From NCBI GenBank assembly GCA_000091205.1, contig AP006494.2: DNA of 64,000 nucleotides, one strand, 5' to 3'. The translations under genes and the position numbers were made by a program. How positions within the stretch are numbered: position 1 is the first letter of the stretch; every line of letters starts with the position of its first letter. The notes under the pieces were generated by a model. The model was given only the letters and a program-made list of their open reading frames with translations, was not told the DNA's origin and ran no database searches. Below, in pieces: positions 51,286-62,573 of this stretch. This DNA is from Cyanidioschyzon merolae. Taxonomy: Eukaryota.

Positions 51286-52640
51286 CGAGTATATATATAC
51301 CTACCCGCAGACGCCTCCCAGCCTTTTTACCTCTCGACTGTTATATCGGCTTCAGCCTGGCCTCGTAGATCCTGAGCCTGAGTCGCTGCCTCACAGCATC
51401 GGATCGCGTCAGCGCCGTAGGTCTCGTCTTCATCGGCTGAAATCGATGGTGGCGTTGAGGTCTCGGTTCACGAACTCTGTGCACTCATGGCCTCTGGTGG
51501 AACTCATCAGTGCAAGGAGTCCTCGAACGCATGCCCTCTGTGCGACTAGGGTCTCGTCATCGACCCGTCGGGCAAACGCTTTTTCTCGCCTATCTACTGC
51601 CTTCCTCTCCTTCGTGCTTTTCGTCACTTGCTACTTTTTGCCTTCGATGGGTGATGAGAAGAGGATTTTTCCGTTTGTTTTCGGCAGCGGGCGATACCGG
51701 CCCTCCAGGGTCCTCGAATTCCATATCCATTCCTTTCCCTTGCATTTTTTCTTACTGCAAATGAATGCAATTCCCTACGCCTTTAGGTGGGGACATTTCT
51801 GGAGGGGGGTGGCTTTTGCGGAAGAAAGATGAATTATAGCCCGCTGTCGCCGTGTGCTGAAAGCTTCAGCGATTCGCACAGTTGAGCGATCTTTACCTTT
51901 CTCGATATGAAAGACTTATCTGATGAGGTTTAATCACGTAGAGTACGGAGAAATGAAAAGCAGCTCTACCCCAACACATTCGTCGAAAGCTCGAACGCAA
52001 GAGGAATGGTGAAATGCTGCGTCTGACCGTAGAGGGACGCCGCCAAAGGTCAGAGGAAAGTCTTCTATGATTCGACAAAGTGGGTGCTGTTGTACGTGCC
52101 TGCTCTACGGGTGAAGCTGAAGGAGCCAAATCAATCCACCGCAGCTCGAACAGAGGATGATGTTGTCGTTCTCATCGTGCTCGATCGGACCTAGAACGAT
52201 CTCCCTCTCCGCGAATGCCCAAACATGCACCGGCCGTTCCGTCCGACGCACGTCTCATCGACTAAAACGCACGAACTGACGTCTCTCTGCTTTATACGGA
52301 TAGCGACGTTTCAGGAACGCTGTCGATGCAATCACGATGGACGATGCCCTTGGGTGAGTTAGGACTCTTCTGCGACAGTGTCCCAGGGTTTCCAGGACCA
52401 TAGGAACAAGCTGTTGAGAAAACGGAGACACCTGTGACGGCTATGACCATATCCTTTGCTTTTCTTAAGATGATCAACGTGTCGTTTTCTACCATTGACG
52501 GCAAGCAGTCTCTAAAAATATCTGTATTTGCCACAGAGCGCACATACTTGTTTCTTCCATTGTTCCTCAATCATCAGAGTCCTGTGGTATGACGGACCTG
52601 AAGGAGGAATGCTGTCCTCCATGGACACTTCAGTAACGAA
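51262..52640 (-). mobile_element. TnpB/Fanzor-like element relic, copy C
   Basis: 51430..51627(-) RACVRGLLALMSSTRGHECTEFVNRDLNATIDFSR (C-x-x-C then D-x-NA-x-I). 52292..52570(-) MVIAVTGVSVFSTACSYGPG (RuvC-I-like hhIGVDLGVxxFATLSDG with Asp lost). Blocks at 52066 (ctatgattcgacaaagtgggtgctgttgta) and 52480-52630 align to copy A. The 3' tail (rc of 51262-51440) aligns to the tails of copies B and D. Confidence 0.5.
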
Positions 52641-52924
52641 CATACCCCACAGGCAATTCGTCTAGAATCTGCAGAGTATATTACATAGGGATCCCGATCT
52701 GCTGCGATGCAACGCACCAGGAGTGAAACAGAATCGAGTTGACAGTCTCCAGTTCTGGGACGGGGATAACCAGCGGCTATGGTCTAAGCTGTTGCAGCTG
52801 CGACTGCGTTCCAAATACCTATAAGCTCGGAGGCCGCCCTGGAACGTGCTACTGAATGAGCGCTTTAGAGGTAAGCTGAATGATTTGTTACGAGTCTGTT
52901 CCCTGTTGCGCTCTGTAGCGCCTC

Positions 52925-54268
52925 ATGCGCGTTGTGTTACACCAAGCTGGGCGCACCAAGGTAAACGTGCACAGCGCCGCAAGGCACTGGAAACGAAGTT
53001 ACCGATCACGCCCTGGTGCAGGTCACTGGGGAAACTCAATCGATCGTAAAAAGTTGTTTTCCGAACAGAATAGACGCTCCTCGAACCAGTGTATGAGCCT
53101 GGCTGGCGACTTACCACGTGTGCAAGCGTACACTTCGTCGAAGCTCTGGCGAGCCACGTACACCGTTGTCCTCAGCGCTGAGCGCGATGCAAGCGCGTCA
53201 GCAGCCAAGCTTGCTGCCTTTTCCAACGCCTGCAGCGATTCGACTTTATTGAAACTCGACTGTCTAGACGCATCGGAAACCTATCTTGCTGACGAACCCG
53301 AGCTCCGCAGGGCGGTCGAGGTCGAGCGCGGCCAAAGGGCCACTACCCTGGAGTCGTACTACACGAAACACTGGGAATGGAGCGGTGCGAAACATCTGCA
53401 TGTGGCTGAAGGGCCGGAGTTCTCAACGCAGCGGGACGGATTGCCTTGCGCCCATGCAGCCAGTCTGCCCGCAGACTGGCAAGTACAACCACCGCGAAAG
53501 TTGTTTGAGGACGATGAATTTATCGCGTACTCTAAACCCGCTGGGGTCCTGTCATCGACAGTTCTGTACATGGCCATGATGTCTGAGTCGCCAGAGCACC
53601 GACAAAGTGCACAGGCCTGGCGCCTAGCGAACCGACTCGACCGGGATACGAGCGGCATCTTACTCTTTGGAAAAACGCCTTTGGCGAATCAAGTCTGTAA
53701 TGCCCTGACCACAAGACGCTCAGGCAGCCTAGAGAAGCTCTATATCGCAAACTTGCACCAAGTGCAATGGAAACATATGCAGCATGATGATCAAATGCCA
53801 CCCATGTTTCAAGTTGGGTGTGTGCTACGGGTCATAAGTGGGCACGGCACCACAAGGCGGGGACTGCACCGTCTCTACCCTCTTGAATGCGTCGGGCAAC
53901 GTCTGCACGATCGAATGCGCCGTCCAGTTCGTATTGCAGAGACTTGGTTTCGCATCGAAAACAGGACGCCGCTTAAATCCGAGAATAGTCTTGTCGGTGA
54001 CTTGGAAGCACATCCAGCGATGTTGTACCGTGTTCTGTGTGCACCTGTCACGGGGCGGACACACCAGATCCGTCTCCATGCACATGCTCTGGGTATGCCT
54101 GTTCACGGCGACGTTCGTTACGGCTCTCTGAGTGATTTACAGGGAACAAACTGTCACCATTTGCATGCAGTCGCGCTCGCATTCACCACTTCAGAAGGCA
54201 GGAAAATTTATATCGAGGCGGAAAGCCCTGCGTGGTTAGATTTTTCGGGTGAGGTAGAGCATCCTTAA
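52925..54268 (+). CDS. RluA-family pseudouridine synthase (catalytic domain in the C-terminal ~250 aa)
   Basis: RLDRDTSGILLFGKTP (catalytic Asp motif HRLDxxTSG), HQIRLHAHALGMPVHGDVRYG (motif III). ATG start. N-terminal ~190 aa has no recognisable homology. Confidence 0.8.
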   Translation: MRVVLHQAGRTKVNVHSAARHWKRSYRSRPGAGHWGNSIDRKKLFSEQNRRSSNQCMSLAGDLPRVQAYTSSKLWRATYTVVLSAERDASASAAKLAAFSNACSDSTLLKLDCLDASETYLADEPELRRAVEVERGQRATTLESYYTKHWEWSGAKHLHVAEGPEFSTQRDGLPCAHAASLPADWQVQPPRKLFEDDEFIAYSKPAGVLSSTVLYMAMMSESPEHRQSAQAWRLANRLDRDTSGILLFGKTPLANQVCNALTTRRSGSLEKLYIANLHQVQWKHMQHDDQMPPMFQVGCVLRVISGHGTTRRGLHRLYPLECVGQRLHDRMRRPVRIAETWFRIENRTPLKSENSLVGDLEAHPAMLYRVLCAPVTGRTHQIRLHAHALGMPVHGDVRYGSLSDLQGTNCHHLHAVALAFTTSEGRKIYIEAESPAWLDFSGEVEHP

Positions 54269-56053
54269 ATGCCTTGCCTACGATGCGCGATGCTACGTGT
54301 AGACTGGAACGAGAGACGCTCTACGCGCTCAGCGTCCAGAGTGGCATTCGGGGTACGATCTGCTTCGAACTCGATCAGTGGGAATGGATTGGGGTCAAGC
54401 GGCAAGCGACATCGTGCATGCAAGCCGCTTCCCTGGAAGCAGATAAACTTCGCGCATGCCCGGGATTCCTGGTAAGACTCATCGATCTCATGTGGTAAAT
54501 ATCGTGAACACAAGGTCTATCGCTGGCCGACCGCCTTTGACGCATACGAGACGTGGATGTGTCTCATAGATTGGAGACGTGGACGAAAAACTTCACTCGT
54601 AAGTGTTTTGTGCAGCAGGCTCAACATCGAGCTGCCTCATATTTAGTAAGTTTGTCTGGTATGCAGACAGGTGCGAACCGCTTCAAAAATTCCAGCAATT
54701 GTCGCGTCGGACCTCGAGGCGTTTTGATGCGAACTGCACGAAGCTCTGATCAGCTTGTCGCAGCGTTGAATGGGCGTCATTGAACAGGGATTTCCAAAAC
54801 GCGTCATTGCTGTTGGCAACCAGAGCAGTGATCACCTCTCGCCCATAGATTCCCCCATGCTCTACCGACTCCAAACCAGTCTCTGCATTGGATAGAGGCC
54901 AGATCGACCTAGCAATGTCCCGAGCGCGACGCTCAAGTCGAACGCTTGCGGGTACGCTCCATGCGCCGCTGTTGGCGCTGCTGCCCTCGTGCAGACACAG
55001 AACAGCTTTGGATTGCCTTGAGAGGCATCGGCTCGTGGCACACCGGTCAGGGTGCGCATCCGGGATCCATGCGAGTGCTCTGTCTGACAGAAGTGCGCAC
55101 GTTTAGCCTGTGAACGTTTGACTGGCTCAGTGTTCTGGAACGGCTCGCCAGTGCGCCGCAGTGTTTCCTGTTCACGACCACGTATGGCTCATTGAGACTG
55201 AAAGCGCATGTAATTAAATGTTCTGAGCTCACCCGCACGAGTGAATAGCTGATACTTGGTGGCAAATGAGAGCCACGGCACAAGCCGGCGGCCGTGAGCG
55301 CGCCTGGACCGAACCCCGTCCTCGCGCCAAACCAGTCGCAATCATATTCTAAGCTTGTGTAAAGGCGGTTTTGTGACAAGTTGCACCTTAATGTGTATTT
55401 TCAAGCGGGAACGCTCGAAAATGCGCGTGGGAACAGCGAAAGATTTTGCGGCTGAATCGAGCACACTTCTCGCGTAGCACGAAGTAAGTGTCCACGATTC
55501 GCGTTCTGCCGGTGGAATGTTTTGACGCGGCAGTTTTTCATATCGAATTCAAACTGGAATACAGACGATGCTCCAGCGTCATTCTACCCATTTTAGATTA
55601 AAATGGGACGCGCTCCTTACTCGGGTGTCCAGGAGAAACGTTCGCTTTCATTCAATTATCGCAAGCCAGACATTTTGGGACAGTTTTGGAAGCAGATATC
55701 TTTTTCTCTCGCTCATATCCGAGTTTCCATCGCCGCTCTCTCCTCTCGCCGCGGCATCGTTATCGGCATTCAAAGGATGTCGGTGGTGAGTTTGAAGTTT
55801 CAACTTGGTTCTTTCCTGCTGTTTTTCACAGGTTTGATGCGCAGATGGTGGTCGCCATCTACGCTTCGCTTGCCCGTTTGATCGCCTTGTTATATAGCAT
55901 ACGTTTGCCTTTCGCAGCGGGTACACTTGGCTCAGTTCAGACGTTCCCGTACTTCCACCCCATTTCCTACACCCCGGGGGCTTCCTTGTGGTGCATAAAC
56001 GCTCACCTCATCGCTCAGCAAAAGTAGTTGACTGGTGCAATGGGCTTCCTGTG

Positions 56054-56488
56054 ATGCGCTCCTCTGTTTCATGCCCAGTATTGTACGCTCCAATCACCGG
56101 CTTCTTCGCGCGAGCCATTTGGCGAGTACTCTGTCGGAGGCACCGTAAAGAGCATGGTTTCGCATTTGATACGGAATTTGTGGAACTCGATGTTGCCCAA
56201 AATGAAAAAGCACCGGAAGGAAGCCATAGGCTGGAGATCAAGTCGACATATCTCGATCCGTCTGCGCCCGTATCAGACAAAACGGTTGCGCATTATCCAC
56301 AGGAAGCCAGCGCTGCGATAACTCAACTCCGAGCGCGGGACCTGTTTGCTTTCAAACAGAGGAGGCGGATGCCTTTGGAAGCGTATCTCAAGACAGGCAT
56401 CGTGCTGCCGTTGAATGCCGTCTCCTTGGTGGCCAAAAATAAACAAATCTTGGTCCTTCTGAGCAGAATCGATTATTTGACGCGATAG
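56054..56488 (+). CDS. Hypothetical protein, possibly L7Ae/L30e-like fold
   Basis: PLEAYLKTGIVLPLNAVSLVAKNKQILVLL weakly resembles the L30e/L7Ae core (GKxVLGxxxxxKxIxxGKAKLVILA). Track start 55988 is a GTG. Confidence 0.25.
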   Translation: MRSSVSCPVLYAPITGFFARAIWRVLCRRHRKEHGFAFDTEFVELDVAQNEKAPEGSHRLEIKSTYLDPSAPVSDKTVAHYPQEASAAITQLRARDLFAFKQRRRMPLEAYLKTGIVLPLNAVSLVAKNKQILVLLSRIDYLTR

Positions 56489-58462
56489 TTTTAGAGAACT
56501 TTCAGTAAGAGTTCTTGAATATGTCCCCAATGGAGCAGGTCGAAGTTTTTCCTCGTCAATCCAGTGACGTGCATTGCTGCGTCCGTGGATCACATTGAAA
56601 GAGAAAGATCCAAAACTTGAAACGTATTTGATTTAAGCATGCCAAACCTGAGAAAAGGAGAAGCGTGGAGACTTGTACGTAAGCATTGAATGCTCGATTT
56701 CGGTCATTCGACGAGCCCTCCTTTGGGGGCATCGCAAATCATCTCGGATCCCGCAAATGAAAGAGTTCCGGCGGCTACAAGTCCAGGGAGCCACCCAAAA
56801 ACGCCTCCGAGAATCCCAAAACTATTATTGAATTCGTAAGCACGCATGGCTTCACTTCGAATGCCGAGGCCTTACATCCGAACAGAGTTCGAGAAATCGA
56901 AAACCATGAAGAGAGCGAGCAGTGCTCTCTTCCATTTTGATAGAACCCGGGTCATCGATGCCAAAAACTCGGTGCAGCACTTTCGGATTGTATGCAGCTA
57001 TGCACCCAGTTGCTTTCGAGAAAGCGTCCATTATGCTGCACTCTACCCTAAGGTTCCATTACCCATATTTTCTCTCGGAGGTAATGGTCGTTTTGTACGT
57101 TCTATGTGCGCCAAGTGCATGCCGTGAACATCCGCTGTATGGCCTAAACCGCTAGTGCGGATGCAGCATCGGGACAGTACGGCTTTGCCTTACAACTGAG
57201 GTCGTCGGCTCGAGGCGTGCTGCTCTTGACACAAGGTCGGGATTCATAATCATTCTGGGAGCCTGCAATCTGCGCTGATAGACGTCCTGCCTGCGACAGC
57301 GCGAAGCGATATACTAGGAGATGACTGCATCGTGGGCGACGCCCAGACGCAGCACATCCGCTCCTTGCCCCAGTATAAACGGCTTCGCAGACGAGCTGCT
57401 CAGGTCTCACTATAGCGCAAGCCACTGCCGAGTCTCACTGTAGCGCGAGCCAGGCAGCCTCGTCCGGGTTGCGGGATCTCCCTACTGGAAGGTATACTTT
57501 CGCGAATGCGGCAAACTTTTTCCTCTTCTCACTTTTACCGAAGAGGTGGGGATTGTTATCTCGTCGCTAGTTTGTGCCTAGTTTCTGTTCTTTTTTCTAT
57601 AATGCGCTCGATACGTGCACATCCATATCTCGCAGGCATTAGACACGACGCATATCTCACCGCTGATGGGAAACGCGACCCCTCTCAGATGTAGACTCGC
57701 ACCGGAAACACGCGAAGCAGCATGTGGAGCATGCACTGTTGCTGGGGACGAGGTCCATGTACGACAACATCATGGTCTACCGATATTAAGCGTGTTGCTC
57801 TAACGCATGCTTTCTATTTGCGTTCAAGTCCTAGCAAAATATAGTGTTTGTTCGGAATTCTGCTTCAGCCCACATGCGAGCGTGTCCAAGAGTTTTTTCG
57901 TTTTTTTAGCATACGCGTTCGAAGTGCGCTCACTTTCAAAAATCAAAATTCAAGGAAAAGTTACGGACATACAAGTCCAGGATCCTGGAGGCCCAGTGTC
58001 GCCAGGTTCGACACGAAATGAAAAACAATGCTGAGTCCAGAGGAACAGGAGAAGACGAAGAAGCAGATGCAGGAGGCCAGGCGTCAAAAGCTGCATGAGA
58101 AGCGACAGTATGACGAGATGGCAATGGAAGCCTTTCTTCTACGTCAAATAAATGATCCGTACGAACAAAAGTTGCGAGAGGCTATCAGAAACCGTGTCGA
58201 GTCGTACTCCATGAGTATTATCAAGGCTTCGTCTTGGCTAATGCGTAAGGTGAGTAAGATGTACCATGACGTTACGGGCATCAAAATAGTCGAGGTTCCG
58301 GAGGAATTTTTCAACAAGACATTTGCTCGCCACCCCATGTTTGGCACAGAGTAGGCGTCGACGAGAAATGAGCGAGTGCATGCCCTCTACGAAAACCACG
58401 CTGAGTACCGCTTCAACGGTATTCGATACAGGGGTGATTCGCGTATTCACGAATAGGGAGCA

Positions 58463-59137
58463 ATGCAGTGCGCTACGAACCTGAGGCACCAAATGATTAT
58501 GAACCTCGAACGTTTCGTGATTCGCTCCATCTTTGCGCTGTACCCGGGCCTCCCTCGTAACGGGATATGGAACACTACCAATGCCATCACAAACGGTTGC
58601 CAGCATGAAGATGAGATCGAATTCTTCAGCAAGCAGACATTGCACATTATCAGGAATGAAGATTCTGTTATCCGTGGGGCTGTTCAAGAGCACCGTGCGG
58701 TTCTTTGGCTGGTCAACCAAATAGAAAAGGTATCAGATATGAGAAAAGATGGAGAAGGATGTCGTCCCCTCATCCTCTGCTTTTTCGTGTTTTTGGACCG
58801 AGAAATCGAACGCAAGGCGGAGATGGAGCTGGGTGTGGGTAAAAAGGAAGAAGCAGAGAAACGGAAGGTTGCGCTTCTGAGGAAGCGCCTCAGTGTCGTT
58901 CCGTTGTTCAACATCAAGTCACATTTTGTGACAATCGACTCCGCAGCCCTTTACGTCACCATGAAGGAGATCAGTCCGGAGTTCGATGTGAGGAAGATAG
59001 AATTCACCGGTGAAAACCGGGAGACGTACTGTAAGAATATCTTTGATTTCAAACGTCTGAAAAAAATACGAAAAAGATATTCACAGGGACGATCGACAGC
59101 GATGGAGTATCCATATGCGTACCCTTTCGGCGCTTGA
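58463..59137 (+). CDS. Hypothetical protein (224 aa) in an AT-richer stretch
   Basis: ORF only. The competing antisense ORF 58238..58720 makes strand assignment uncertain. Confidence 0.2.
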   Translation: MQCATNLRHQMIMNLERFVIRSIFALYPGLPRNGIWNTTNAITNGCQHEDEIEFFSKQTLHIIRNEDSVIRGAVQEHRAVLWLVNQIEKVSDMRKDGEGCRPLILCFFVFLDREIERKAEMELGVGKKEEAEKRKVALLRKRLSVVPLFNIKSHFVTIDSAALYVTMKEISPEFDVRKIEFTGENRETYCKNIFDFKRLKKIRKRYSQGRSTAMEYPYAYPFGA

Positions 59138-59599
59138 AGACAGATTGTCCTATTCCACCCTCGATATCGCCCGTGACGAAGCATGAGGATAGGAAGGAGG
59201 CGAATCTGGCGACGCAGGAGGTGCAGGAGAACGACTTTGTTGGAGGCGCGGGCCCTAGGAACATGAATATCATAACCACCGCTGCACCCAAGTGTGCGGA
59301 AGATGGAATCGACGGCAACATACGTTAGAAAGACATGCGTCTGTTAAAGCTCTCAAGAGCGAGATATTACCGAGATTCGGGAATAATGAATACGAGGAAA
59401 AAGACTGAGACGTGAAATGCAGGAGGGAATGAGCACTTGGAGGCGCTCAGCCCGGTACCTCTCAACGGAGCGGACTTTCAAGCTTTTCTAGAGTTCATGG
59501 AAACTCGTGCTGCTCATGACGAGGAGCTGTGGAAAGAGTGTACAGAGCACCGGCGGGCTCGTCAGCGTATGAACCTGTATAGAGGGGGCAGCATGCATT

Positions 59600-60185
59600 C
59601 GCCAAGATCATGAGTCAGTTGAGCGCCCTCAAGGAAGACGAGAGTCAAAAGCTCGTAGTAGCATATCTAGCAGGGCGCTGGGCACCCAACAAAGGTAGCA
59701 TACCCACTTCGTCGACGCGTGCCTACGTGAAGTGCGCACGCCGTTTTTTCCCAGTACCGATGGATGACTTTCGAAAATCCGACCCACACTACGAGTTGGG
59801 GGTGCATACTTCAGAGCTTAGGGATGGAGCGCAAGCAGCAGTGCACGAGAGCGATAGAAAAGTACGAAGAGCTGACGGAGCAGGAAACTGCACCGAGGAC
59901 CCGAGTTCGAGGTCTCCTTCCAACGGCGCGTTCAACCAGCAGCAATTAAATCAAGGAGTTCGTGAACCGTGACTTTCATGCTGCTATCAATTTAAGACGA
60001 TGTTCGGTGTTAAAGACGAGACCCGTAGGGCTGACACGCGCGATCCAACTCTGTGGGGCACCCTCTTAGTCTCAAGATGGTACAAGGAGAAGCAGGAACC
60101 GATCGCAAGCGCCTTGTCAAAAATGGCCGGAAATCGTCTTTGAGTGGGCGTGTCTAAATATACTCCATGATTGTAGAACGTTTAT
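59600..60185 (+). mobile_element. TnpB/Fanzor-like element relic, copy D (3' part, frameshifted)
   Basis: 59764..59949 frame gives TRVRGLLPTARSTSSN; manual translation of 59950-60056 gives EFVNRDFHAAINLRRCSVLKTRPVGLTRAIQLCGAP. The 3' tail aagacgagacccgtagggctgacacgcgcgatccaactctgtgggg...caaggagaagcaggaaccgatcgcaag...ggccgg aligns at ~75% to copies B (41880-42050), A (rc 13400-13650) and C. Confidence 0.5.
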
Positions 60186-60219
60186 CGTTTTGCAGAACAA
60201 GCTGAACAAACCTCACGGG

Positions 60220-61071
60220 ATGCCGTCCCCGCTCCACGACTACGGACATACGTCAAGGCCGCAGCGGTTTGCGCGTTACCACTGCGCGTACTGCAAGTGC
60301 GTGCGCGACGGAGTCTGCACGACGCTTTGCGAACACGTTGGAGCTCTCTGCGTTCTATTGCTTCTCTCTGAAGGTGTTCACCTCACTATCGTTCTTTCCG
60401 AAAGTTTTCGCAGCAGCCTCTTGTTGCCTTTGAGAATGAGTCGGGATAACCAAGGTTTGCAACCACAAAGTCACAGCACGGCGTTCTGTGTGTTTGCGCC
60501 GTGGCCTCGAAACCGGAGTGCGGCCGGGACGCAGCGCGACCTGCGAGTCGGATGTCAGCGCTGGCCCCGTTTTTCCGCAGGTGGTGTCTCCATCTCCGCA
60601 GAACACGCCCAAAGGGAGAGGACGCTGAGGTCTCTGAAAATGGCTGACATTGGCCGTAAAGGACCCGGCAAGATTGGAGGCAAGCCAGCAGAGTTCGCCC
60701 CGGGCACGGGAGCAGGTGCTCCCGGCGGTGACGAGTCCGGGGAACGAGAACGAGAAGGTGGGGGCGTTGCTGTCATCACAAAGACGAAGCCAGCCGTTCG
60801 AGAAAAAGAAAAGACGGCAAAAGAGCCGATGTGGCGTGTTTTACTGCACAACGATAATATTCACACGTTCGACTATGTTACACATACGCTCGTCAAAGTG
60901 GTGAAGACGTTGACCCGCTACAAGGCCCACCGTATTACAGTGCATGCTCACAAAGCCGGCGTCGCAACGGTTACAACGACCTGGAAACAACTCGCAGAAG
61001 AGTACTGCCAGGGACTACAACGCGAGGGCCTCACAAGCAGCATCATGCCGGACCACTCAGGTACACAGTGA
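60220..61071 (+). CDS. clpS: ClpS-domain protein (ATP-dependent Clp protease adaptor ClpS-like) with long N-terminal extension
   Basis: C-terminal [64 protein letters not shown] matches the ClpS core ([43 protein letters not shown]). Track start 60190 is a TTG; first ATG is 60220. Confidence 0.75.
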   Translation: MPSPLHDYGHTSRPQRFARYHCAYCKCVRDGVCTTLCEHVGALCVLLLLSEGVHLTIVLSESFRSSLLLPLRMSRDNQGLQPQSHSTAFCVFAPWPRNRSAAGTQRDLRVGCQRWPRFSAGGVSISAEHAQRERTLRSLKMADIGRKGPGKIGGKPAEFAPGTGAGAPGGDESGEREREGGGVAVITKTKPAVREKEKTAKEPMWRVLLHNDNIHTFDYVTHTLVKVVKTLTRYKAHRITVHAHKAGVATVTTTWKQLAEEYCQGLQREGLTSSIMPDHSGTQ

Positions 61072-61084
61072 AAGTGTCCCTTGG

Positions 61085-61357
61085 CTAGTTTGAACTGAGC
61101 GACTGCCGTTTCTGTAGTTCACGCTGTTTTTGAACTAAAAGCTCCTGTGTTTTTCGAAGGGCCTCCCGGCCGTTGACAAGCAACTCCAGGATTCTATCCG
61201 GTTGCGTTTCAAGACGACCCGCTTCAAACTCCTTACGGAGCGTCTCCGCAAGGATCTCTCGCCACGCCTTGCCCGATGGATGTTGCCAGGTGAAAGCTTT
61301 ACAAGTGCGGAGGCTTTCTCTGTACAAGCTTAGTGCTTCGTGCCGAAGTAGGCGCAT
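61085..61357 (-). CDS. LYR-motif protein (Complex1_LYR family, 90 aa)
   Basis: N-terminal LSLYRESLRTCKAF gives the L-x-x-Y-R-x-x-L-R...F tripeptide signature. Small basic helical protein. ATG start. Confidence 0.6.
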   Translation of the reverse strand: MRLLRHEALSLYRESLRTCKAFTWQHPSGKAWREILAETLRKEFEAGRLETQPDRILELLVNGREALRKTQELLVQKQRELQKRQSLSSN

Positions 61358-61988
61358 ACCGCTTGCTGCGCAACGCGAACGCAGATGGCATTGCGCGCCC
61401 TTTCGTTACGTGACGACGAGCGGGCCCGAGCAGCGCCATACGGATTCGCGACACTTAGACATAGCTGCCCCACGTAATTACATGCGCGTTGGGGCGGCGG
61501 CATGTTTGCGCGGCGGCAGGAAATCGGTTATGGCCGCAAAATGCCTCTGCCGGGAGCTCGAGGGTAGAAATCGCGCATGCCTGAGCCGCACGCTCGCTGC
61601 TGCCGAGACGCGATTGAATGCCCGGCGAGACGCGCGGCGGCCTCGGTGCCAACCCAGGTTCAGAATTCAGAGTGCAAGCGCACGAGCGCGAAAAGCAATA
61701 TACACTTTTCTTTGGCAGTTTGACGCGCGGCTCCAGCGAGTTTGGGCGACTCTCTTGAAAGATTCACCCTCTTTGCACTAGCAGCCTTGGCACGTAGAGG
61801 TGTCAACAGTCGACTAAAGAGTAGTGCTGGCCGCTTGCACTAGAGTTCGTCGCGCCGCGAACGCACTCGGAGGAGTTCTATTGGCTTGGGCAGCCCGTTC
61901 GGTGTTGTTGGGGTTTTCGCGTTTCTCAGCGTGGAACTAGGGCCGTAAGCCTTCAAAATCATCGACTTTTGTTCGCGAGTTTACGGCT

Positions 61989-62573
61989 ATGAGTGGTAAC
62001 GAGGCACTTTCGTCAGCTCCACCGAGCTCGACAGGCGACGGTGCCCACGGGGGAGACTCCCTCAGCCACACTGCAAAGGATTCCCCGAGCGGAGCGACCT
62101 TAATAGGAGAAACGACAGAGCAGGGCGCCGCGAAACCCAAATCAAGTAGGCCGTTCCCGAATAGACCGAGCGAAAGTGAGCTGCAAAACTCCGTAGGCCT
62201 CATGGTGCGAAATATTCCCTTTGGAACGAGACAGGAGGACTTACTCGAGCTCTTTCGCCCATATGGTGATGTCATAGACATATTCATTCCCTGGGATCGA
62301 CAGCTTAGGCGGATCCGCGGTTTCGCTTTCGTTCGGTTGCAAACGCTCGAACAAGCGGAGGCAGCGATCGCGGCGTTAGACGGATCCACCATGCGTGAGC
62401 GCATCATTGCGGTGAAACGAGCCGAGTACGAGCGCGGTGAGGGCCCGGTCTCACAACACGCTGGGGCCAGTGACGGTCGAAGGGGACAAAGTAGACGCCC
62501 CAGGAGAAGTGACGGAAGAAGCACCCGTCGGCGTAGACCGAGGTCACGTAGTTTTGAAGGCGGGAATACGTAA
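61989..62573 (+). CDS. RRM-domain SR-like RNA-binding protein
   Basis: LMVRNIPFGTRQEDLLELFRPYGDVIDIFIPWDRQLRRIRGFAFVRLQTLEQAEAAIAALDGSTMRERIIAV (RNP2 and RNP1-like GFAFV), followed by an RS/RR-rich tail RRGQSRRPRRSDGRSTRRRRPRSRSF. ATG start. Confidence 0.75.
   Translation: MSGNEALSSAPPSSTGDGAHGGDSLSHTAKDSPSGATLIGETTEQGAAKPKSSRPFPNRPSESELQNSVGLMVRNIPFGTRQEDLLELFRPYGDVIDIFIPWDRQLRRIRGFAFVRLQTLEQAEAAIAALDGSTMRERIIAVKRAEYERGEGPVSQHAGASDGRRGQSRRPRRSDGRSTRRRRPRSRSFEGGNT

Noticed and set aside
58463-59137. Possible relation of the 224-aa ORF or 59134..59328 to the upstream part of TnpB relic D.
   Set aside because: No shared peptide or nucleotide blocks with copies A-C upstream regions, so copy D was treated as a 3' fragment only.
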